DNA of 40,527 bases from a virus (Duplodnaviria; Caudoviricetes). The notes below the pieces were generated by a model. That model was not told where the DNA came from and searched no databases. It was given only the letters and a program-made list of their open reading frames with translations. The stretch covers positions 1 through 40,527 of the IMG/VR virus record IMGVR_UViG_3300020045_009111; one strand, given 5' to 3'. The position numbers and the translations under genes were made by a program. Below are positions 7,720 through 17,001 of this stretch, piece after piece. The first letter of the stretch is position 1. Each line of letters opens with the position of its first letter.

Positions 7720-9240
7720 TTAGCTTAATTTATAACCGATGTTAACAATAATGTTTCTCGCAACTCCTATCGGCACAATATCAACGGCTACAATAAGGGT
7801 GCTTGTACTAGCCACAACCTGCGTAGGATCGATAGTTACAGTAACGCTTGATATTTCACCATCCCTAACCATTTGGTTAGCACTGGCTACGCCCTGGCTT
7901 TCAAGCGCTGCGATAGTTGAGTTCGCAAGCGTGCCGTCAGCATTAAGCAGCAGGGGTGCGTTAAGGCTAGGTAAGAGGTCCGAATCAACGCCCCTTATAG
8001 CCTTATCGATCACCCTGTTATCGTTTATGTACGCATAATCGCTGCTTTGTGCTATCGCGCAATGGTTGTCATTATAGTAGCTACCGGCCCTGTTAGGGAG
8101 TTTTCTAAGGAAAATGTAACGCTTAAGATCAATAGCGTCAAGGAAAGTGCCGGTAACAACAGCATTAGATAACAGCGTGCCGTTAGCGAATGCTAGTGTT
8201 TCAAGTTCTGTACCGCTTGACTGGTTGAACTTGGCTACCCATGCAATATCCTCCTGTACCGCTGAAAGTGCTACAGCTCCAAGGCATGCGCCAAGGTCTG
8301 TTATTGATTTTCCGGTAGCAGCATAAAGCTGAGCGCCTAACCCAGCGCCGTCCTGAGCTATAGTAACGCTTACTTTATTGTTGTTAAGCAGCGAAAGGTC
8401 TGAAAGCGTCGTAAGGTCTGTTACTGCCGCTATGTTGCCGGCATAAACAACAGAAACGCCTGTTTTTGCTACATCCATACCGTTACAAACGGTTTGGATC
8501 AATGACAGATCGCCAACAGCGTACGCTTTACTGTCAACATATACACCGAACTGCCTGATAGCCCCCTGGGCCGCAGTCTGTACCGTCTGTAGCTCAGTAT
8601 AATCGTAAGTGCCGGGCACCGCGAAAAATCCTAACCACAAAAAGCCTTTAGGCTGTATCCTGAAGAATTCAGAAACATGGTAATGCCATACAGCAAGCCT
8701 TGAAGCTACACCGCCACTTGCCGGCGTTGTAACCGATGCCGCTATAGTGCCGGTAGTTAAAATAGTTATTGGTGTACCAGTATTAGGGTAAATACCCAGT
8801 CCTTTACGGAAGGTAAGCGTTATTACCGCAGCTGCACTTGTGGCCGTATAGCCGTGCGTTGCTGTAGTATTATTTATAGCTGCAGCTATTGCCGCGGCAA
8901 TGGTTGTTGCAGTCGTGGCCGCCGCCGTGCGGGTGTAGGTAACGATACTTACAGTAGTATTGCCTGGCTCTAATGAGTTTATTGTAACCTGGTCACCTAT
9001 TGCGCCGGCATTAGAAACAGTAATAGCTGTTGTGGCCCTTGTTTCGTCGCTATAATCAGCGAGTATACCAAGTGTCTCAGCCTGTTCAGTTGAATAAACA
9101 ACCTGAACCCTGTTTGACGTAGAAAAACCCGAAGGCAGCGAAGGCGCATAAAAAACAAGCCCGCTTATGTAATCTTTGCCAGGCAGTGGACGGCCTAAAC
9201 CGCCCTTACCTTTGACAAATGAAATATTATTTAAAGCCAT
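7720..9240 (-). CDS. Tail sheath protein (DUF2586-like)
   Basis: 506 aa; KGKGGLGR N-terminus, DYAYINDNRVIDKAIR motif and IVPIGVARNIIVNIGY C-terminus typical of sheath proteins. Confidence 0.87.
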   Translation of the reverse strand: MALNNISFVKGKGGLGRPLPGKDYISGLVFYAPSLPSGFSTSNRVQVVYSTEQAETLGILADYSDETRATTAITVSNAGAIGDQVTINSLEPGNTTVSIVTYTRTAAATTATTIAAAIAAAINNTTATHGYTATSAAAVITLTFRKGLGIYPNTGTPITILTTGTIAASVTTPASGGVASRLAVWHYHVSEFFRIQPKGFLWLGFFAVPGTYDYTELQTVQTAAQGAIRQFGVYVDSKAYAVGDLSLIQTVCNGMDVAKTGVSVVYAGNIAAVTDLTTLSDLSLLNNNKVSVTIAQDGAGLGAQLYAATGKSITDLGACLGAVALSAVQEDIAWVAKFNQSSGTELETLAFANGTLLSNAVVTGTFLDAIDLKRYIFLRKLPNRAGSYYNDNHCAIAQSSDYAYINDNRVIDKAIRGVDSDLLPSLNAPLLLNADGTLANSTIAALESQGVASANQMVRDGEISSVTVTIDPTQVVASTSTLIVAVDIVPIGVARNIIVNIGYKLS

Positions 9241-9253
9241 ACTTTAATGGTTT

Positions 9254-9502
9254 TTATAGTTCTGTTTCTTCTACGCCTAAATCGTCGGTTGTCGGTTCAA
9301 TTACCGGGGCCTTCTCTTCTTTAGGCTCTTTCGGGGCCTTTGGAGCCTTAGCAGTTTTGCCGTTAATCACCTCTTCACGTGAAAATTCGGTAAAACCTTC
9401 TTTTTCACTGGTGTACCATACACTGCCGTCTTCGTTTAACCAAACTGCTGCTATCAGTGTATTTAATAGCAGCAGCCCTTTAAGGTCTTCAGAAAACTTC
9501 AT
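9254..9502 (-). CDS. Hypothetical virion-module protein
   Basis: 82 aa with a KAP/KEP low-complexity tail, between the capsid and sheath genes. Confidence 0.65.
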   Translation of the reverse strand: MKFSEDLKGLLLLNTLIAAVWLNEDGSVWYTSEKEGFTEFSREEVINGKTAKAPKAPKEPKEEKAPVIEPTTDDLGVEETEL

Positions 9503-10485
9503 TATACACTGAAGTTTGCTAATACCTGAGTGGTATAGATTACAAATTCGTTAGGTTTAGCAATACCAACACCCATTTTTGCGATGGCTTTGTAGAACCA
9601 TGCAGAAGAGTTGTTTTGCAGCCTGTCGATAATGAAGCTAAGGTTATCCATAGAGGTAACAGCCATGTGCATGTTACTTTCTACATCTGTAGTAGCCTCG
9701 CAGAAGTAGAAAGTGTTTTCAGGAAGGCCCGCAACAACTTTTATTTCGTAGCCTTTGTACTTGTTAAGGCCGCGTTCTGTAGTGTCGTTGTTTTTGTAGG
9801 TCGTCGTTGTTAGCGCATCCTCATACTTCTGAGCATCAACAACGCTCATAACGTATTTAAGCCTCTTATACCTGTTAGGGTTTGAAAGTAGTGCCTTTGG
9901 AGCAAGGTTTTTAGCCGCTTCCATCTTGCTGATAATATTAGCAGCGGTAAGCGCAACCGGTGAAGCCACCTGAAGGGCCGGGGTTGTTGCATTAAGGGCC
10001 TGTTTGATGATGCCATCAAAATACCTTATAGAGTAGTTGGCGTCAGCAGGTACCGCAGCGGTGTACGTAGTAGATCCCATGTGTATCATGGTTTCAATTG
10101 GCACAAACGTTTTTGCAGTATACCAGCCACCAAGGTAGTTAACGAAAGTCTGAGGCAGTTTTCGTGCCAGCAATTTATCTGTTAGCTGGTCCTGGTGCCA
10201 GTGGTTTTCAAAAATAGTAGGGTCGAACAGCTCATAAGCCTCGAATGCTCCCAGCGCAACGTCTTTGTTACTCAACACCGTTGTTGAATTGTCAACAGGC
10301 AGCAGGGTGCGCGGGTTTAGTTTTGTGTTTGCGCTAAGTACCGGGAAAGTGTACTTGTCATTTTTAACACCGGTAGCAACGTACATAAGGCCGTTGTTAA
10401 TAGTGTCAAGGCCGGTAACGGCTTCAGTTATGAAAAAACCTTTTTCAAACTGCGTATAATTTGCGGTAGCTAATGTAGCAGACAT
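9502..10485 (-). CDS. Major capsid protein
   Basis: 327 aa immediately downstream of the protease/scaffold gene; size and position fit an HK97-fold capsid protein. Confidence 0.75.
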   Translation of the reverse strand: MSATLATANYTQFEKGFFITEAVTGLDTINNGLMYVATGVKNDKYTFPVLSANTKLNPRTLLPVDNSTTVLSNKDVALGAFEAYELFDPTIFENHWHQDQLTDKLLARKLPQTFVNYLGGWYTAKTFVPIETMIHMGSTTYTAAVPADANYSIRYFDGIIKQALNATTPALQVASPVALTAANIISKMEAAKNLAPKALLSNPNRYKRLKYVMSVVDAQKYEDALTTTTYKNNDTTERGLNKYKGYEIKVVAGLPENTFYFCEATTDVESNMHMAVTSMDNLSFIIDRLQNNSSAWFYKAIAKMGVGIAKPNEFVIYTTQVLANFSV

Positions 10486-10486
10486 A

Positions 10487-11581
10487 TTATTTTACTTGTG
10501 TTTGGTTACGAATTTCTTTCATGGCCTGATGCATGAAATCATCTGGAGAAGGTGTGCGCTCTTCTGCGCTTTGCTCAATCTTATTTGCCACTGCATTAAT
10601 CGGCAGGTCTTCAATAAGCGATTTAACGCCTTCAAAGTCTGTGACAGCCTTTGCAGTCCAGGCAGCCACCGCCTCGTTTTTTATTTTTCCGATTTTAGCG
10701 AAGCCCTCGATCATGTTCTTTGCTTTTTCGGTTTTGGCTTCTGTTTCTGAAGCTTCCAGCGCATCCTTAGCGGCTTTTAAAGCGTCTTCGGCATCCTTAA
10801 CCTTCTTTTTAAGGTCGGTGTTTTCGGTCTCCATGGCTTCAGCCTTGTTTACCGCCTCCGTCGCTTTGTTCTCGATCTTTTTAATGGCTTCCAAAATGCT
10901 GTTTTCGTTAGCATCATCGGTTAGCCCGAGTTTATTAGTTACACTTTTCAACATTTTGTTATCCGGTTTTTTATTATGAGATAAAATACTATTTGTGATT
11001 TTTAAAGCCTCGTTATGCATATCTGTTACCTCGGTAACGGCACGCATACGCTTTTTGTTAGATTCGTGGGTGTGTTCTATACTGGTAGCAAAACCCTTTT
11101 TAAGGCAGTCTTCTGCATTTATCCAGCTGGTAACATTCATTAGGTCGTTAACCGCAGTTTCATCTAAGCTTGACTTAGCAGAAAGCATTTTTACCAGGCT
11201 GTCCTGCATGCTGTTAAGCATATTGCTGTTATCGCTGCCGTTCGGCCTGTGCATCATTAGTAAAGCGTAATCCATCATTACGCGGTTGCGGCCGCACATA
11301 AAAATAACACCCGCTATACTGGCAGCAATCCCTACGTTATAAGTGTCGACAGGTGTTTTTGTTTTTAGCATGGCAGAGGCTATATTATAGCCGTCCATCA
11401 CTATACCACCAACTGAGTTGATCCAAACCTGTATGCGTTTTTTGCCAAGGCTATCTAAATACAGCAATTCACGCTGGAACAAAGCGCCGTCCACGCCCAT
11501 GCCTTCAGCCTCATCGTTACCGATGTGTGAGCTTATCAGCATTATAGGTTCGTCGCAATCTTGGTCTATGCAGTACATCAT
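10487..11581 (-). CDS. ClpP-type prohead protease fused to a coiled-coil scaffold
   Basis: INSVGG, GIAASIAG (catalytic Ser) and MMHRP (His) motifs; long Lys/Glu/Ala helical C-terminus. Confidence 0.9.
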   Translation of the reverse strand: MMYCIDQDCDEPIMLISSHIGNDEAEGMGVDGALFQRELLYLDSLGKKRIQVWINSVGGIVMDGYNIASAMLKTKTPVDTYNVGIAASIAGVIFMCGRNRVMMDYALLMMHRPNGSDNSNMLNSMQDSLVKMLSAKSSLDETAVNDLMNVTSWINAEDCLKKGFATSIEHTHESNKKRMRAVTEVTDMHNEALKITNSILSHNKKPDNKMLKSVTNKLGLTDDANENSILEAIKKIENKATEAVNKAEAMETENTDLKKKVKDAEDALKAAKDALEASETEAKTEKAKNMIEGFAKIGKIKNEAVAAWTAKAVTDFEGVKSLIEDLPINAVANKIEQSAEERTPSPDDFMHQAMKEIRNQTQVK

Positions 11582-11585
11582 GTAG

Positions 11586-11642
11586 CAAAATTAATTTTAA
11601 TAAAACTTTTTGTTAAAAAGTGAATTGCTTTTTTTACATTTG
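11586..11642. promoter_or_regulatory. Back-to-back promoter unit 2 (more diverged)
   Basis: Plus strand TACATTTG 11635-11642 with TTTG at 11609-11612. Minus strand TAATTTTG (11593-11586) 4 nt before the protease ATG. Confidence 0.7.
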
Positions 11643-11662
11643 TAGGAACATAAAATTTTAAA

Positions 11663-12118
11663 ATGGAAAATAATTCAGAAAACAAAGCGCGCTTCTTTGC
11701 GCTATATCTTTTTCAGGATGCTGTTATTATAGGCAATGGAATAGAAGGCCTTCACGACGAAAAGTTTAAACAAGCAGGTAGATATAAAATAGATACCGAA
11801 GCATTAGATTCTTTATATAGAATAGGCGATTGTGGTGATGCAGTTGAACTAACCCCTCTATTAGCCGTTACCGATGAAGATGCTATTGAGGTGGCTAAAT
11901 TTATTGGATTTGACAAGGGCATAAACCAGAAAGCATATATAAAAGTAGGGAATCATGTTTGCAAAAACATATTAGACGGCAGAATGCACATGATGAACCC
12001 TATACATGCTTTTAATATGCTTGACTACCTCCGCTCAAAAGGCTACGCCCTGCCATGGATGAATGTTAGCGTAGATCAACAGATAGAATATGGATGGATA
12101 AAACTTAAAAATGAATAA
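11663..12118 (+). CDS. Island-2 hypothetical phage protein
   Basis: 151 aa; NKARFFALY, LTPL..VTDEDA and DYLRSKGYALPW motifs; AT-rich leader after the promoter. Confidence 0.8.
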   Translation: MENNSENKARFFALYLFQDAVIIGNGIEGLHDEKFKQAGRYKIDTEALDSLYRIGDCGDAVELTPLLAVTDEDAIEVAKFIGFDKGINQKAYIKVGNHVCKNILDGRMHMMNPIHAFNMLDYLRSKGYALPWMNVSVDQQIEYGWIKLKNE

Positions 12119-12308
12119 TTTAGAACAAGAAGCCCAGCAAAATAAGCCGGAAACAACCCAATACCTACAAACGGGCATCAACTCCCAAAAGAATGTGCCT
12201 TTTGTCAAAAAGCAGGGCGTTACAATCGTTGGCAGTTCCGAAATAAAAGGATACCAAAACCCATTCCCTAACCGGGCCGCCAGAAGGGCCGCTAATAAAA
12301 AGAAGTAA
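12111..12308 (+). CDS. Island-2 small basic protein
   Basis: 65 aa, overlaps the upstream stop; NRAARRAANKKK C-terminus. Confidence 0.65.
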   Translation: MNNLEQEAQQNKPETTQYLQTGINSQKNVPFVKKQGVTIVGSSEIKGYQNPFPNRAARRAANKKK

Positions 12309-12309
12309 T

Positions 12310-12501
12310 ATGAATGACTATATAAATAAAACCTTTATAGCCACTTATCACGCAGGGGGTAAAGAAATTTCGGTTACATTCATGGTGACAGAAGACGCAG
12401 GTATAAAAAATTTCAAACAATGGCTAGATGGCAATATAGTTAAACTATGTACAGAATACAAAATAGAAAATCCAGTTATAATATTTGCAGCTGTATTATA
12501 A
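12310..12501 (+). CDS. Island-2 hypothetical protein
   Basis: 63 aa, tightly packed, ends just before the terminator. Confidence 0.65.
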   Translation: MNDYINKTFIATYHAGGKEISVTFMVTEDAGIKNFKQWLDGNIVKLCTEYKIENPVIIFAAVL

Positions 12502-12503
12502 AG

Positions 12504-12529
12504 TAAAAAGCCCTAATTAGGGCTTTTTA
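12504..12529. terminator. Bidirectional intrinsic terminator
   Basis: Perfect palindrome TAAAAAGCCCTAATTAGGGCTTTTTA between convergent genes. Confidence 0.85.
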
Positions 12530-12669
12530 TCATTAAAGTAATATGTTAGTGCTTCGTTCACTATTTTACTCTGTGTAGTGCTTTGCCTGGCCGCCATATC
12601 CTTAACCCTTGAAGCATTAAGGGGCGACGCATACACCTGTAGTTTGTTGTCGGTCTTGTCTCCTGCCAT
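12517..12669 (-). CDS. Ribbon-helix-helix DNA-binding protein (50 aa)
   Basis: MAGDKTDNKLQVYASPLNASRVKDMAARQSTTQSKIVNEALTYYFNDKKP: alternating beta-strand then two helices with S..V.EAL..YF. TAATG-coupled to the upstream gene; below the ORF-track cutoff. Confidence 0.7.
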   Translation of the reverse strand: MAGDKTDNKLQVYASPLNASRVKDMAARQSTTQSKIVNEALTYYFNDKKP

Positions 12670-13553
12670 TATACTATTTTTTGAATCCTTAACCTGACTA
12701 CATACGGCTGCATGTTTTTTCCTGTTCCGCTTTCCCCGGTAGCGGCCGTTGCTCCTGATCCGGTAGCTGTAGCGAAGGTAAAACTACCATTGGCCTGTAA
12801 GTTTGACATCACAGCCATATTTCCCGCCGCCTCTCCATTGTCTGCCTCCGATCTTGGTAATGTAACGCTTACCGGGTTTGTGTTGTGCTGGTGCGACACT
12901 ATAACAGCATCTTTGCTACCACCGGTAGCCCCAGGCGTTGTGTTTGTGGGCCCGTAAGCAATTACTACCAGACCATCATCATTAAAAGTACCGTTATTGC
13001 CGTTCATTATGGCCCATCCGGTGCGCTCTAAGCGACCCAAACCAGTGCCGTCAAAATTAGCTGTTATGTAAGCGCTATCGCAAACCACTTCTTTTGTATC
13101 GCCTTTTAGCCAATGGGAAAGCCTCACGAAATTTTGGAATTCTGGAAGTCCTGAACTTGTTTCAGTTCCTTCTATGACTATCCTGTTTATGTTATGAACG
13201 TTGCGGCCCACACCATCCGTAAACGTAACAGGGTCGGCATTAACAGTAAACTGAGTAGTTTCTATTCTGGCATACGCCTTCTGCAGTCCAGATAAAGTAA
13301 ACGAAGCTGCCGGCACCTGGTAAATTTCGCCGTTATAGTACAACCACCCGGCTGTAATATTGTGTATGGGTGCTGTAGATGTATTTCGGCATCCCGACAA
13401 TATATACACTGTACCGTTAACGGGATTTTCATTTATGGTAGTTATAAGGGCCGCGAATAAGTCTTTATAAGAATCCTGTATAAATTCAAGTGTGCCGGCC
13501 TTTATAGGCATAGCCACCGTATCGCTGATGTTGGATGTGTTTAATCTTTTCAT
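12669..13553 (-). CDS. Baseplate-anchored tail fibre/collar protein
   Basis: ILSGC...GWLYYNGE N-domain; collar-like GWAIMNGNNGT, GATGGSK, HQH and NMQPYVV motifs. Confidence 0.78.
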   Translation of the reverse strand: MKRLNTSNISDTVAMPIKAGTLEFIQDSYKDLFAALITTINENPVNGTVYILSGCRNTSTAPIHNITAGWLYYNGEIYQVPAASFTLSGLQKAYARIETTQFTVNADPVTFTDGVGRNVHNINRIVIEGTETSSGLPEFQNFVRLSHWLKGDTKEVVCDSAYITANFDGTGLGRLERTGWAIMNGNNGTFNDDGLVVIAYGPTNTTPGATGGSKDAVIVSHQHNTNPVSVTLPRSEADNGEAAGNMAVMSNLQANGSFTFATATGSGATAATGESGTGKNMQPYVVRLRIQKIV

Positions 13554-13557
13554 TAAG

Positions 13558-13644
13558 ACAAATTAACAAAAAAAATAATAAAATTAATTTGTCAATTAAA
13601 AAGTTAATTATATATTTGCAGCATAACATTTAAACAATTTTATT
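13558..13644. promoter_or_regulatory. Back-to-back promoter unit 3
   Basis: Plus strand TTTG 13588-13591, 19 nt, TATATTTG 13611-13618. Minus strand TAATTTGT (13565-13558) 4 nt before the ATG at 13553. Confidence 0.8.
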
Positions 13645-13848
13645 ATGGAAGATCTGATTAAAGCTTTGCAAATATTCCTAAAATATGGAAATAAAGCATA
13701 TCCGTTTCATTGCGAACACGATGTTTTAACCGTTGATTATGATCCTGAAGTTTTTTCTAAAAAAGACATAGTAGATCTTGATGAATTAGGTTTTTTTATT
13801 GATGAAGAAGAAGGTAATTTTAGAAGTTATAAATACGGAAGTTGTTAA
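13645..13848 (+). CDS. Island-3 small acidic protein
   Basis: 67 aa MEDLIKALQIFLKYG...PFHCEHD...LDELGF; sole gene between its own promoter and terminator. Confidence 0.82.
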   Translation: MEDLIKALQIFLKYGNKAYPFHCEHDVLTVDYDPEVFSKKDIVDLDELGFFIDEEEGNFRSYKYGSC

Positions 13849-13850
13849 TA

Positions 13851-13877
13851 AAAAAAGCCCCAATTAAGGGGTTTTTT
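13851..13877. terminator. Bidirectional intrinsic terminator (GCCCCAATTAAGGGG family)
   Basis: AAAAAAGCCCCAATTAAGGGGTTTTTT between convergent genes. Confidence 0.85.
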
Positions 13878-14541
13878 AATACGCAACAACCCGATAAGTA
13901 ATACCGGCAGCAATATATCTATCAACAAAATCCCTTACAACAGATTCCCGGGCCGCGTTATCGGTCGCCAGGGTATTGAAAACCGAAAGGGGTACATTAA
14001 CGTTCATATTGAATTGATCGGCGAACGTGTAGTTGTTGATTACAAATTCAGAACTGTAGTTAAGGAATACATTGCTGCTTTCCTGCTCATTAACCCCGAC
14101 CCTAAATACTGGTATGGCGATTATATTATTTGTGGTTATGTAAATATCGCTCACAAGCGGCGGCTGCCTGAATACAGTGTCAAACCAAACATTTAAAGCA
14201 TATTCCAGCACTAATTTTTCACCCCTTATTTTTAAGCGAAAATCTGAGCCTAAAAAATTAGATGATACCAGGCGCCACGTATCTGTAAAGGTTGGCGTGT
14301 CGGTGTTACCATCAATCAAACTTTGAAAAATGCTTTTACCATACCTTACTAGCGTCCTGCGGTCATAGCTGCCAGCGGACCACAATGGCAACAGGGTGTA
14401 ATCTTTGTATGTGGTAAATAAAAGTTCGTGGTTATCCGCTATTTCTGATACCATGGCCTTTGCAAAAGAAACAGTTTTAAGCGTTCTTTTGTCTGGAGGC
14501 AGGGCCTCTTCTGCTTTTATGAAATAATCTATTAGATACAT
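13876..14541 (-). CDS. Baseplate wedge protein (gpI-like)
   Basis: LPPDKR N-terminus, LEYALN..FD and VDRYIAAGITYRV C-terminus; lies between the gpJ-like and fibre genes. Confidence 0.65.
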   Translation of the reverse strand: MYLIDYFIKAEEALPPDKRTLKTVSFAKAMVSEIADNHELLFTTYKDYTLLPLWSAGSYDRRTLVRYGKSIFQSLIDGNTDTPTFTDTWRLVSSNFLGSDFRLKIRGEKLVLEYALNVWFDTVFRQPPLVSDIYITTNNIIAIPVFRVGVNEQESSNVFLNYSSEFVINNYTFADQFNMNVNVPLSVFNTLATDNAARESVVRDFVDRYIAAGITYRVVAY

Positions 14542-14542
14542 T

Positions 14543-15376
14543 TTACGAAGCTATAAAATTAAAGTTATTCGTAACGCTGTCTTCTAAAACTACGTACCCG
14601 GCTATAGTGTTAAACAACCTACTTACTGTCGTGCGGTTTTGCACAAGGAAGGTGCCGGAGGCAAAGGCCGTATCATTTGAACGTATTTTAACGTTATTCA
14701 CAAGCACATCAGTAACGCCTATTACATTACGAATAGTCAACTCTAAATCTGATATTTTGAATTGCCCGTTAAAAGGCAGGTTCGCCAAAAACAAATTTAT
14801 AGCATTTTCTACTGTTCCCTGTATGACTGTTGAATATTGACCGCTGTAATAAATATCAGCATCGATATAAACACGGTCGGCCGCGCCGCTAAAACAAGTA
14901 TAGCGGATGCCTGGCACGCCAATAGTATCAATATAACTTTGCAGCGCACTAAGCTCATCACTTGACAAAGCTACAGGTGGCTCATTTTTAGCAGACTTTA
15001 TAATGACAGTATTTGACAGCGTTGTAACAACGCTGCATCTGGTTACAATCCTTAATGCCTCATCTACCACCGGATACACCGGGGCTAAATCCACCAATTG
15101 TACTACTTGTGGCTCGGTTGCAGAATACTGAAATTTAAAAACCCTGTCTGTCAGCCATTGCTGCGTTGCCGGCGTTGCGCTGTTTATCTTTATTTCATTT
15201 TCAGCCTTAAAAACATCGATGATCTGTTCCAGTAGCAAAATAGCAGAAGCTACCACAAAAGTTATTAAGCGCCATATTGCGCGCCTGCTGGTATTACCTG
15301 ATATTTCTGATAAATTCGGATCTGCCTGCACGTCGGCGATCATACCGGCCTGTATCTGTTCTATTGTTCTGCTCAT
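14543..15376 (-). CDS. Baseplate J-like protein
   Basis: MSRTIEQIQ...SRRAIWRL, FLANLPFNG and IRNVIGVTDV motifs. Confidence 0.78.
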   Translation of the reverse strand: MSRTIEQIQAGMIADVQADPNLSEISGNTSRRAIWRLITFVVASAILLLEQIIDVFKAENEIKINSATPATQQWLTDRVFKFQYSATEPQVVQLVDLAPVYPVVDEALRIVTRCSVVTTLSNTVIIKSAKNEPPVALSSDELSALQSYIDTIGVPGIRYTCFSGAADRVYIDADIYYSGQYSTVIQGTVENAINLFLANLPFNGQFKISDLELTIRNVIGVTDVLVNNVKIRSNDTAFASGTFLVQNRTTVSRLFNTIAGYVVLEDSVTNNFNFIAS

Positions 15377-15843
15377 GGCTTATTTAGGATTGATTGCACT
15401 GGCGGCACCGTAAAATACTGAGGCGTTGCCGTAGTGTTATCTATAAAATGAAGGTTATACGTTATCATATAATGGTACACGTTACTGTGATCGTAGTCCT
15501 GCTGCTCATTAACCTTAGTCATCAAGCTGGTAGACGCCTGAAATGGCTTCAGGGCCTTAACCACCAAATCCCGAAGCTCAAATATAGTTAAATTCTGCTC
15601 CATATAATCAGAATTCAGAACGTTTTGACCTATATGTAGTACAAAACTTATATCGCTGCCCTCGTAACCCTCCCCTATATCCTGAAGGTTATTTGTTTGC
15701 AGTTCTATGAAGGCGCACGGCATCGGGAAAGCGTAATCCCCTCCATCCTCCATATAAGCAAATTGGTTATTCCACACAACAACATGCTTAAATTCAGGGA
15801 TGGCCCTAATGGCTGCTAACAATTCGTTTACTAAGTCGCCCAT
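15373..15843 (-). CDS. Tail terminator/completion protein
   Basis: WNNQ...FPMPCAFIE motif; position after the virion morphogenesis gene. Confidence 0.65.
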   Translation of the reverse strand: MGDLVNELLAAIRAIPEFKHVVVWNNQFAYMEDGGDYAFPMPCAFIELQTNNLQDIGEGYEGSDISFVLHIGQNVLNSDYMEQNLTIFELRDLVVKALKPFQASTSLMTKVNEQQDYDHSNVYHYMITYNLHFIDNTTATPQYFTVPPVQSILNKP

Positions 15844-16271
15844 GCTTCTTTTAGTCTTTGGTTAATTTTTTGCAACAATCTTTTATTCAGGTCTGGGGTT
15901 ATGCCTAAAAATCTACGCTCCGGTAGTCGGTTAGTGCCTGAGTTGTGCGCCTCAGCATAAGGGTTATTAACTACCAATGTATAAGACCAGTTGTTATTTT
16001 TTTTACCAGCACTAACTGAATTTGCAACATCCCGGCGCAAGCGTCCAGACTGTACCAATATTGCCCGGCTCCTACTACTCTTTTTGGCATACTTGTAAGT
16101 GCGGGTAGTGGGTACGCGTCGCTGTACCTCCTGCCATTTTTTGCCGTCGTAACCTTGCCTGTTGAAGTTCGTTACAGCCTCATTCTTTACGGTGTTTGCT
16201 AAGTCCAGAGATATATCTGTTTTTAGTAGCTGCCTGCGGATGCCGTCAAAATTAAATTCATTTTTTGCCAT
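15831..16271 (-). CDS. Virion morphogenesis protein (Mu gpG/tail S-like)
   Basis: NFNRQG...W, ILVQSGRLRR and PYAEAHNSG...LPERRFLG motifs; probable start MAKNEF at 16271. Confidence 0.85.
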   Translation of the reverse strand: MAKNEFNFDGIRRQLLKTDISLDLANTVKNEAVTNFNRQGYDGKKWQEVQRRVPTTRTYKYAKKSSRSRAILVQSGRLRRDVANSVSAGKKNNNWSYTLVVNNPYAEAHNSGTNRLPERRFLGITPDLNKRLLQKINQRLKEAWAT

Positions 16272-17001
16272 CTGGTACAGGTAGATTGAAATTATTTTTC
16301 GCCAGTTCTTTATCTTTCGGATCAACCGAAAAATACGGGTGTCCCTTACCGAATATTACTTTGTCTTTACCTGGGTTATTCTCAAAAAGCTTACCCCTCG
16401 TAATGCCTTTTTCTGCCTTATCCAGTTGTGCCTGCTTGGTTATTTTTGCATCGTACTTATCCAGCTGCAAAAATACACACCGGCAATTAAAATGATTTAA
16501 AGGCGCGTTCTTATTCCAAAACGGGTGCCCTATCGGCAGCGTTATCCCGTCAAGTGGTGCACATATAGCCGAAGTGTTAGGATCTATTACAGCGCTGTAT
16601 TGTAAAAATGGCAGCTGGCCGCTTTGCCCTTCAATTTGCTGCCAGCGCACAATAGTTTGCCCGGTTGCTATCGTAGTATTGTATTCGGTTTTTAACCAAT
16701 CTACATTATACTGGTTGTATATTTTCAATGCTTCTGCCTTAAACGGCGCAAAAGGCTTCACGCCTCCATCAGCAGCCAGCAAAATATCATTAATCAAGTG
16801 ATAAGACTTTGCGCCGGAAAACAAGTAAATATTTTGGGTTAACTCAGCAAGCAGCGCCGGATACGCGCCGGCCTCAAACTCAGTAAATGCACTAAGAAGC
16901 TTATCGGCTATCTGGCTATATACAGGTAAGGGGATATTTTTAACGGTTACTTTACCATTAAAAATATCTTCTATTAGCTGGTTTATCTGTTGTTCATTCA
17001 T
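16258..17001 (-). CDS. Minor head protein (Mu gpF/SPP1 gp7-like)
   Basis: WLKTEYNT, LQYSAVID..T..IC..LDG and PLNHFNCRC motifs. Confidence 0.9.
   Translation of the reverse strand: MNEQQINQLIEDIFNGKVTVKNIPLPVYSQIADKLLSAFTEFEAGAYPALLAELTQNIYLFSGAKSYHLINDILLAADGGVKPFAPFKAEALKIYNQYNVDWLKTEYNTTIATGQTIVRWQQIEGQSGQLPFLQYSAVIDPNTSAICAPLDGITLPIGHPFWNKNAPLNHFNCRCVFLQLDKYDAKITKQAQLDKAEKGITRGKLFENNPGKDKVIFGKGHPYFSVDPKDKELAKNNFNLPVPDGKK

Noticed and set aside
1228-9240. Tailocin or contractile injection system
   Set aside because: Capsid, portal, terminase and replication genes are present, so this is a phage tail.
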